DNA of 43,715 nt from NCBI GenBank assembly GCA_022774085.1, contig JALFNZ010000014.1, forward strand, positions 1-43,715. The letters run 5' to 3'. This DNA comes from Bacteroidales bacterium. GTDB lineage: Bacteria; Bacteroidota; Bacteroidia; Bacteroidales; UBA932. Shown here piece after piece: positions 36,978 through 43,715 of this stretch; the stretch's first letter is position 1; each line of letters starts with the position of its first letter. A model generated the notes under the pieces. It was not told the origin of the DNA. It was given only the letters and a program-made list of their open reading frames with translations, and did not search any database. The translations under genes were made by a program, and so were the position numbers.

Positions 36978-39152
36978 TCAGATGAACAGAAGCTCTCTAT
37001 ACTTAGGCATAGGCCACATTTCGTCATCCACAATCATTTCGAGATGATCTGCACTGTACCTTACCTTGTCCATCATATCCTTGACTTCGTGAGAGTAAAC
37101 TTTTGCTCTCTGAGCTATGTCCTCAATCCTGTTGGCTTTCTTGCGGGATTCAACAAGAGCCTCCACATCATTGGAAATATCATTGATATATTTGGAAATT
37201 TTCTGGAGAGTCTTGAGTTCGCTCTGGCATACTTCCAGATATGACTCACCGAACACTACCTTCATACCCTTTACATTCTCGATGAGAAGATTCTGGTACT
37301 TGACTGCTGCCGGTATCACATGGTTCAGACAGATGTCACCGATGACACGGGCTTCGATCTGGAGCTTCTTGACATAGGTCTCGTTGAGAATCTCAAATCT
37401 CGCTTCCACCTCGTTAGGAGCAAGTACGCCCATATTCCTGAAGAGGTCAACTGTCTGCTGCTCATGATAAACCTCGTATGCTTCAGGAACATTCCTGACA
37501 GCCCTCAGACCACGTCTTGCAGACTCGTCTTCCCACTCCTTGCTATAACCGTTGCCTTCGAACATGATATCCTTGGACTCGCTGATGAACTTGCGGACAG
37601 TGTTCATGACAGCAGTCGAACGGTCGATGCCTGCGGCTTCCTGGATATCCACCTCAGAACGGAACTCAAGAAGGGCTTCAGCTACTGCGGTGTTTACAAC
37701 ATATACGGCAGAAGCAACGTTCTGCGATGAGCCTACTGCACGGAACTCGAAGCGGTTTCCTGTGAACGCAAAAGGAGAAGTCCTGTTGCGGTCAGTGTTG
37801 TCAGGGAAAATTTCCGGAATCGAGCGTGCAATCTCAATGGACTCCTTCTTCGCTTCTGATTCAGTCATCATGTTCATTCCGAGGATAGTCTGGAACACTT
37901 TGTAAAGAGTGGAACCAGAGAAAATTGACATCACTGCAGGTGGAGCTTCATTTCCACCGAGTCTGTATGAGTTGCTCAATGTGGCAACAGATGTCATCAG
38001 GAGGTAGTGATGTTTATATACTGCCTTGACTACAGATGCATAGAATGAAAGGAACTGGAGGTTCTTGTCCGGAGTTTTTCCCGGGGAAAGGAGATTGACG
38101 CCAGTATCGGTCATCATGGACCAGTTGCAATGTTTTCCGGAACCATTGACACCGTCAAAAGGCTTCTCATGGAAGATTACTTTAAGATGGTGTTTTTCAG
38201 CGACTTTCTGCATGAGAATCATCAGCATCATATTCTGGTCAACTGCCTTGATAGCCTCACAGAATACAGGGGCACACTCAAACTGGTTAGGAGCCACCTC
38301 ATTGTGACGTGTCTGAAGAAGGATACCGAGCTTGTATGCTTCTGTTTCGAAATCCTTCATGAAATTGTTCACCCTTGAAGGGATTGCACCGAAATAGTGG
38401 TCTTCGAGCTGCTGATCCTTGGCAGAAGTATGACCAATTACAGTTCTGCCTCCAAGAACAAGGTCAGGCCTTGCATTGTAAAGTGCCTCATCTACCAGGA
38501 AATACTCCTGTTCGAGACCAAGATTTACACTTACGGCCTTCACATTCGGGTCAAAGAGATTGGCCACTGAAGTAGCGGCATTGCTCAAAGCTTGAAGAGA
38601 TTTCAGATTAGGCACCTTCGTATCCAGTGCCTCTCCTGTATAGGAAACGAAAACTGACGGAATACACAATGTTCCGTCCATGATGAAAACAGGCGATGAA
38701 GGATCCCAAGCGGAATATCCTCTTGCCTCAAAGGTGTTGCGGAGACCTCCGTTGGGGAAGCTGGAAGCATCCGGTTCCTGCTGAACAAGAGCACTGCCGT
38801 TGAATTTCTCGAAAGCTTTTCCATCCTTTACGGCTATGAAAGCCTCATGTTTCTCAGCTGTTGCATCGGTAAGCGGCTGGAAAAGGTGGGTGTAGTGAGT
38901 TGCACCCATCTCGATTGCCCATGCCTTCATGCCTGAAGCAATCTCGTTGGAATAAGCCCTGTCGAGCTTGATACCGTACTTTACAGACGCAAGAACAGCT
39001 TCATAAGCCTGCTGGGACATGTAAACCCTCATTTTGTCCAGATCAAAAACATTCTGACCGAAATACTTGGATACAGGTCCTTCTTCGACGAAAAATCGTC
39101 CGGTTTGATGAGCGGCAGCCTCATTCAAAGCCCTTTGTCTAAATGTTGCCAT
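36978..39152 (-). CDS. glnN: Glutamine synthetase type III
   Basis: 724 aa; AEKHEAF, EPDASSFPNGG, EQEYFL, HNEVAPNQFE, EKPFDGVNGSGKH, DRNRTSPFAFTGNRFEFR. Confidence 0.93.
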   Translation of the reverse strand: MATFRQRALNEAAAHQTGRFFVEEGPVSKYFGQNVFDLDKMRVYMSQQAYEAVLASVKYGIKLDRAYSNEIASGMKAWAIEMGATHYTHLFQPLTDATAEKHEAFIAVKDGKAFEKFNGSALVQQEPDASSFPNGGLRNTFEARGYSAWDPSSPVFIMDGTLCIPSVFVSYTGEALDTKVPNLKSLQALSNAATSVANLFDPNVKAVSVNLGLEQEYFLVDEALYNARPDLVLGGRTVIGHTSAKDQQLEDHYFGAIPSRVNNFMKDFETEAYKLGILLQTRHNEVAPNQFECAPVFCEAIKAVDQNMMLMILMQKVAEKHHLKVIFHEKPFDGVNGSGKHCNWSMMTDTGVNLLSPGKTPDKNLQFLSFYASVVKAVYKHHYLLMTSVATLSNSYRLGGNEAPPAVMSIFSGSTLYKVFQTILGMNMMTESEAKKESIEIARSIPEIFPDNTDRNRTSPFAFTGNRFEFRAVGSSQNVASAVYVVNTAVAEALLEFRSEVDIQEAAGIDRSTAVMNTVRKFISESKDIMFEGNGYSKEWEDESARRGLRAVRNVPEAYEVYHEQQTVDLFRNMGVLAPNEVEARFEILNETYVKKLQIEARVIGDICLNHVIPAAVKYQNLLIENVKGMKVVFGESYLEVCQSELKTLQKISKYINDISNDVEALVESRKKANRIEDIAQRAKVYSHEVKDMMDKVRYSADHLEMIVDDEMWPMPKYRELLFI

Positions 39153-39182
39153 AAATAAATAAGTTTTTTGTTAAGTCGGGCG

Positions 39183-39233
39183 CAAAGATAATAAAATCAG
39201 CAATAGTTTCTAGTAAAAATATATTTATCTTTG
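39183..39233. promoter_or_regulatory. Divergent -7 elements for GS III and the aminotransferase
   Basis: CAAAGATA at 39183-39190 (-) and TATCTTTG at 39226-39233 (+). Confidence 0.65.
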
Positions 39234-39306
39234 CAAGGTTTTTGACAATGGGTACGGATTGTGCCGCAAAAACTCAATATAACTGAAACATATAAAACTT
39301 CAACAT

Positions 39307-40509
39307 ATGGCAAATATCTCTACGAAAGCGGTTCAGATGCCAGCATCCGCAATCAGAAAGCTGGTACCTCTGGCTGATGCAGCCAAGAAGCAAGGCGTGA
39401 AAGTTTATCACCTCAACATCGGACAGCCTGATATCAAATCCCCGGACTGTGCACTTGATGCCATCAGGAACAACGGCCTCAAGCATGTGTCATACTCCAA
39501 TTCTGCCGGTCTGATCGAACTTAGGGAAGGTCTGGTAAACAAGTATTACAAGAAAATCGGTATCGATATCGAAGTACCTGAGCTTCTGGTCACCGTTGCA
39601 GGAAGTGAAGGAGTGAACCTTTCACTCGAAATTACATGTAATCCTGGTGACGAGGTCATTGTGCTCGAGCCTTTCTACACCAATTACAACACTTTCGCAT
39701 TCATGAACGGGATTACTCTGAAAGCCATTCCTACCGACATCCGTAAAGGTTTCCAGGTCCCTCCTATCGAAGAATTCGAAAAAGCAATTACAGACAGGAC
39801 AAGGGCAATCCTCGTCTGCAACCCAGGAAACCCATGCGGTACTCTTTATAGCAAGGAGAATATGCTTGCACTTGGAGAAGTGGCACGCAAACATGACCTC
39901 TTCCTCATCTCTGACGAGGTTTACCGTGAATTCTGCTATACAGACGAGCCTCACTTCAGTGCAATGAACATTCCTGACTTGGATCAGAATGTCATTCTTG
40001 TTGACTCTGTATCAAAACGTTACAATCTCTGCGGTGCACGTGTCGGATGTCTTGTTTCACATAATAAGGAGTTCATGGCAGCTGCCCTCAAATTTGCGCA
40101 GGCACGTCTCTGCCCTCCTGTAATAGGCCAGATAGCTGCAATAGGAGCCCTCGACACCCCTCAGGAGTATTTCGATGCAGTCCGTGAGGAGTACATCAGG
40201 AGAAGGGATTTCATGATTACAAGGCTCAACCAGATCGAGGGAGTGTTCACCCCTATGCCTAACGGCGCATTCTACACTATCGCCGAGCTGCCTGTTGACA
40301 ATACAGAAAGCTTCGCAAAGTGGATGCTTGAAGAGTTCAGGGTAAACAATGAGACCACAATGATCACTCCTGCCGCTTCATTCTACAAGACTCCGGGAAA
40401 AGGTCTGAACCATGCACGTATCTCTTATGTGCTTGAGGTTCCTGAAATGGTCAAGGCCCTTGACATACTAGAAGCCGGTCTGAAGGCTTATCCTGGACGT
40501 ACTATCTGA
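39307..40509 (+). CDS. Class I PLP-dependent aminotransferase (aspartate aminotransferase-like)
   Basis: LNIGQPD, CNPGNP, SDEVYREF, DSVSKRY…GARVG. Confidence 0.92.
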   Translation: MANISTKAVQMPASAIRKLVPLADAAKKQGVKVYHLNIGQPDIKSPDCALDAIRNNGLKHVSYSNSAGLIELREGLVNKYYKKIGIDIEVPELLVTVAGSEGVNLSLEITCNPGDEVIVLEPFYTNYNTFAFMNGITLKAIPTDIRKGFQVPPIEEFEKAITDRTRAILVCNPGNPCGTLYSKENMLALGEVARKHDLFLISDEVYREFCYTDEPHFSAMNIPDLDQNVILVDSVSKRYNLCGARVGCLVSHNKEFMAAALKFAQARLCPPVIGQIAAIGALDTPQEYFDAVREEYIRRRDFMITRLNQIEGVFTPMPNGAFYTIAELPVDNTESFAKWMLEEFRVNNETTMITPAASFYKTPGKGLNHARISYVLEVPEMVKALDILEAGLKAYPGRTI

Positions 40510-40537
40510 TATTAAGTCAGTTAAGTCGAAATTTTAT

Positions 40538-41206
40538 TCATTCCCTGTTTATTTCCAGAGTATTCAATATCTTTGGAATCAACAGGGAATGTATGTATTC
40601 TTCCTCCATGAAATGAGTACCGTCGTAAATCTCGAATGTGTTTCCGAAATACTTTTTCCATGTTTTCAGACACACAATACCTGACTTCCTGTAATGGTCA
40701 TGGATTCCGAAGAATGCATGGAATAAATCCTGTCCTCCCATTGCAGGAGAATTCTTGAGAGCAATTTTTCGATGCTCTCTGTATTTCCTCAATATCCTGA
40801 AAGAAAAATGCAGCCTTTGCCTGTCGCCTTCTTTCGGTTTGTAAATCTTGTCCAGCAATAATGTTATTCCCGGGATAAGCGCCAGAAAGGCAAGATTTCC
40901 AAGATAAAGAGGGGCATTCAGTGACGGAGAGACCAGAATGTGCGGTATTCCTTGAATCCTGATGGTCTGAAGTGCTCCCAAGGACTCCCCTACGACCATG
41001 GAAGGTTTAAGTTCTTCCATCCATAGGGCAATCTGCCTTGCGCCTTGCTCTGGGTCAAAACTATATGTGCGCACTGTAACATTGACATAAACGCCATATT
41101 CAGGTGGTATGGCATTGTTGATATGCTGCTTCAATATGGAAGGAATGCGACTGTCTCCCCCACCGCCCATTCCGTGGATATATAAAATGTTGATAATTCT
41201 TCCCAT
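40538..41206 (-). CDS. Alpha/beta-hydrolase (YqiA/UPF0227-like), function unknown
   Basis: YIHGMGG oxyanion loop, GESLG nucleophile elbow, C-terminal DGTHF; start placed at ATG 41206. Confidence 0.75.
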   Translation of the reverse strand: MGRIINILYIHGMGGGGDSRIPSILKQHINNAIPPEYGVYVNVTVRTYSFDPEQGARQIALWMEELKPSMVVGESLGALQTIRIQGIPHILVSPSLNAPLYLGNLAFLALIPGITLLLDKIYKPKEGDRQRLHFSFRILRKYREHRKIALKNSPAMGGQDLFHAFFGIHDHYRKSGIVCLKTWKKYFGNTFEIYDGTHFMEEEYIHSLLIPKILNTLEINRE

Positions 41207-41246
41207 TATCCTTAAAAATTCACGTATATAAAGTATCTGAGGAGGA

Positions 41247-41283
41247 CAAAGATACAATCTTTATATTTTTTTTGCTAACTTTG
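41247..41283. promoter_or_regulatory. Divergent -7 elements for the hydrolase and the aminopeptidase
   Basis: CAAAGATA at 41247-41254 (-) and TAACTTTG at 41276-41283 (+). Confidence 0.6.
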
Positions 41284-41352
41284 TGAAATATTGCATTATG
41301 CAGTAGCCGTGAAAACGACAGTATTGATTGAAACTAATTAAATCATAATAGC

Positions 41353-42540
41353 ATGAAAATCAAATTCATCCTTTTGGCAGCCGCTCTTTCGTTCACGATG
41401 TCGGCAGTTGCCCAGAATTCACCGGCAAAGCCGGCAAGCCCTGACTATCAGTTCACCACAATCAAGGAAAATCCCATCACATCTGTCAAGAACCAGTACC
41501 GTTCAGGTACTTGCTGGTGCTTTTCAGCCCTCTCATTCATCGAATCTGAAATCTTGAGGACCAAAGGTCAGGAAGTCGATCTTTCAGAGATGTTCGTAGT
41601 AGGAAAATCTTACCACGACAGAGGTATCAAATACATAAGGCTTGACGGTCATCTCAATTTTGCTGCAGGTAGTTCTTTCGGAGATGTCCTTCATGTCATC
41701 GGGGACTATGGCATCGTTCCTCAGGATGCTATGCCAGGTTTGTGCTACGGAAGCGACAAACCTGAACATTTCGAGATGGATGAAGCTCTCAAAGGCTATG
41801 TGGATGCAATAAAGAGCAACCCTAACAAGACCCTCACAACAGCATGGGTGAAAGGTATGGACGGCATCATCGAGGCATACCTCGGAGAATATCCTGAGAC
41901 GTTCACTGTTGCAGGAACAGAATACACCCCTGAATCATACAGAGATTACCTCGGAATCAATCCTGATGACTATGTGAACCTTACGTCTTTCACACACCAT
42001 CCGTTCTACGAACCATTCGTTATCGAAGTATGTGACAACTGGAGATGGGACAGTGCATGGAACCTCCCTGTTGATGAACTTATGGAAGTTATGTACAACG
42101 CCATCGAAAAAGGATATACAATCGCATGGGGATCGGATGTGAGCGAAAAGGGATTCACAAGGAACGGCATTGCAGTGGCACTGCAGGAAAAGACTGCTGC
42201 CGGTGGTTCCGACCAGGAGCGCTGGGTTGGCAAGAGCAACGAGGAAAAGGCAGCTGAAGCAGCTGAGCTTCCTGAGGAAGTAAGCGTCACACAGCAGATG
42301 CGTCAGGAGGGTTATGACAGAAAGACCACTACAGATGACCACGGAATGCATATCTACGGTCTTGCTCAGGATCAGAACGGCACCAAATACTTCATGGTCA
42401 AGAACTCATGGGGCGAGAGTGGCGAATATAAAGGCATCTGGTATGCTTCTGATGCTTTTGTCAGATACAAGACATTGAACATAGTTGTCCACAAGGACGC
42501 TCTTCCAAAAGACATCAAAAAGAAACTCGGCATCAAATAA
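41353..42540 (+). CDS. Secreted C1B cysteine aminopeptidase (aminopeptidase C/bleomycin hydrolase-like)
   Basis: Signal peptide (AVA|Q), NQYRSGTCW (Cys), DDHGM (His), KNSW (Asn). Confidence 0.92.
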   Translation: MKIKFILLAAALSFTMSAVAQNSPAKPASPDYQFTTIKENPITSVKNQYRSGTCWCFSALSFIESEILRTKGQEVDLSEMFVVGKSYHDRGIKYIRLDGHLNFAAGSSFGDVLHVIGDYGIVPQDAMPGLCYGSDKPEHFEMDEALKGYVDAIKSNPNKTLTTAWVKGMDGIIEAYLGEYPETFTVAGTEYTPESYRDYLGINPDDYVNLTSFTHHPFYEPFVIEVCDNWRWDSAWNLPVDELMEVMYNAIEKGYTIAWGSDVSEKGFTRNGIAVALQEKTAAGGSDQERWVGKSNEEKAAEAAELPEEVSVTQQMRQEGYDRKTTTDDHGMHIYGLAQDQNGTKYFMVKNSWGESGEYKGIWYASDAFVRYKTLNIVVHKDALPKDIKKKLGIK

Positions 42541-42564
42541 TCAACCCAAAAGATTATTGTTGAC

Positions 42565-43308
42565 ATGAGTATTGTCAAATATATACCCAATACGATCACA
42601 TCCATGAACTTGCTCTGCGGCGTTCTGGGTGTGATCAGTACTTTCAACGGCAGGATGGACCTGGCCTTCTGCCTTATGTTAGGAGCTGCTGTATGTGACT
42701 TTTTTGACGGTTTTTCAGCCAGAATGCTGAAAGCTTATTCAGACATCGGGAAAGAACTCGATTCCCTGTCTGACATGGTCAGTTTCGGAGTCCTGCCTGC
42801 AGTCATGATGTTCTGTCTTATGAAAGGACAGGGTGGTTCATGCACCAGCGAATCTTGCCCTGCATGCTGGCTCTGCTACATACCACTGATAATTGCCGTG
42901 TTTTCTGCATTGCGCCTTGCAAAATTCAATGTGGACGAGAGACAGACCGAGAGTTTCATAGGGCTGGCAACTCCTTCGTGTGCAATGCTTTGCGGTTCCC
43001 TGGCATACTATGTAACAAAATGTCCGGAGAGTACATTGGCAGCATGGGCAGCAACAAAATGGAGCATACCTGTACTTTCCGTCATCCTGTCTGCTTTGCT
43101 GGTCTGTGAAATACCTATGTTTTCAATGAAATTCAAGAAAGGTGCAGACGGGAAAGTCAAGATAGGTACTGAAAGACTGGTGTTTGCCGCATGCGCACTG
43201 GTTGAAATCATCATGACTGTTATCCTGAAACAGAACTGGTCGTTCGCCATCATTCTGATCTTCCTGACATACATTATAATGAATCTTGTAGGGGTATTGA
43301 AGAAATAA
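42565..43308 (+). CDS. pssA: CDP-diacylglycerol--serine O-phosphatidyltransferase
   Basis: PNTITSMNL, DFFDGFSAR…GKELDSLSDMVSFGVLP, LRLAKFN, FIGL. Confidence 0.88.
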   Translation: MSIVKYIPNTITSMNLLCGVLGVISTFNGRMDLAFCLMLGAAVCDFFDGFSARMLKAYSDIGKELDSLSDMVSFGVLPAVMMFCLMKGQGGSCTSESCPACWLCYIPLIIAVFSALRLAKFNVDERQTESFIGLATPSCAMLCGSLAYYVTKCPESTLAAWAATKWSIPVLSVILSALLVCEIPMFSMKFKKGADGKVKIGTERLVFAACALVEIIMTVILKQNWSFAIILIFLTYIIMNLVGVLKK

Positions 43309-43321
43309 CAAGCTTCCATAT

Positions 43322-43359
43322 AATAAAATGAGGCTGCCAGAGGGCAGCCTCATTTTATT
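43322..43359. terminator. Bidirectional intrinsic terminator between pssA and rubrerythrin
   Basis: AATAAAATGAGGCTGCC-AGAG-GGCAGCCTCATTTTATT perfect 17-bp inverted repeat. Confidence 0.9.
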
Positions 43360-43378
43360 TGGTATCGCGCACTATCTG

Positions 43379-43715
43379 TTAATAGTTAGTCGCATGAATC
43401 TTGAAATAGCTCTTCGGATGCTTGCAGACAGGGCACATCTCAGGAGCCTGCTTTCCGATAACGATATGACCGCAGTTTGAGCACTCCCAGATCATATCCT
43501 CGTCGCGTGAGAAAACAATTCCTCCCTGAACATTTGCAAGGAGCTTGCGATAACGCTCCTCATGCATTTTCTCAATGGCAGCGACTTTCTCAAAGAGGAA
43601 AGCGATGTCCTCGAATCCTTCCTCACGGGCATCAGCTGCGAAACCTGCATACATGTCAGTCCACTCGTAGTTCTCACCCTCAGCTGCATCGAGGAGGTTG
43701 ACCTCAGTTGAAGGA
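43379..43715 (-). CDS. rbr: Rubrerythrin, C-terminal part; 5' end outside the window
   Basis: Frame stays open to the edge: …[23 protein letters not shown]…EKMHEERY…WECSNCG…CPVCKHP (diiron helices plus rubredoxin domain). Confidence 0.92.
   Translation of the reverse strand, partial: PSTEVNLLDAAEGENYEWTDMYAGFAADAREEGFEDIAFLFEKVAAIEKMHEERYRKLLANVQGGIVFSRDEDMIWECSNCGHIVIGKQAPEMCPVCKHPKSYFKIHATNY

Noticed and set aside
1-43715. CRISPR arrays, tRNA/rRNA genes, IS elements, prophage or defence genes
   Set aside because: Coding density leaves no room for them; I found no repeat-spacer pattern, cloverleaf, integrase, transposase or defence motifs.

Overview
A 43.7-kb, gene-dense core-chromosome segment of a Bacteroidales bacterium. 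The taxonomy is inferred from TAnnTTTG-type promoters, TamL, GS III, a bCerS-like GNAT and DUF3467. It holds about 38 CDSs, two truncated at the window edges (fabG-like, rubrerythrin). Most are housekeeping: translation/RNA modification (valS, queA, rlmD, rlmB, rlmI, TrmH-family, ABC-F), nitrogen metabolism (GS III, aminotransferase, arginine decarboxylase), lipid/envelope (cysteate synthase, ceramide-synthase-like GNAT, acyltransferase, pssA, kdsC, TamL), plus pyrD, cinA, rarA and peptidases. I saw no tRNA, rRNA, CRISPR array, integrase or transposase. The most notable signals are: (i) a 535-bp queA/HTH intergenic region with a ~19% GC core, five ACA-N2-TGT palindromes, a perfect IHF-consensus site and degenerate DnaA-box-like 9-mers, suggesting an oriC or HTH-bound architectural locus; (ii) a 28-bp dif-like site at 13384-13411, with a second identical XerD-arm 11-mer at 5780-5790; (iii) a 995-aa receiver + dikinase ATP-grasp + His-domain protein that may be a self-contained phosphorelay; and (iv) sulfonolipid/sphingolipid pathway genes. 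All calls come from motif recognition by eye; no database searches were run.
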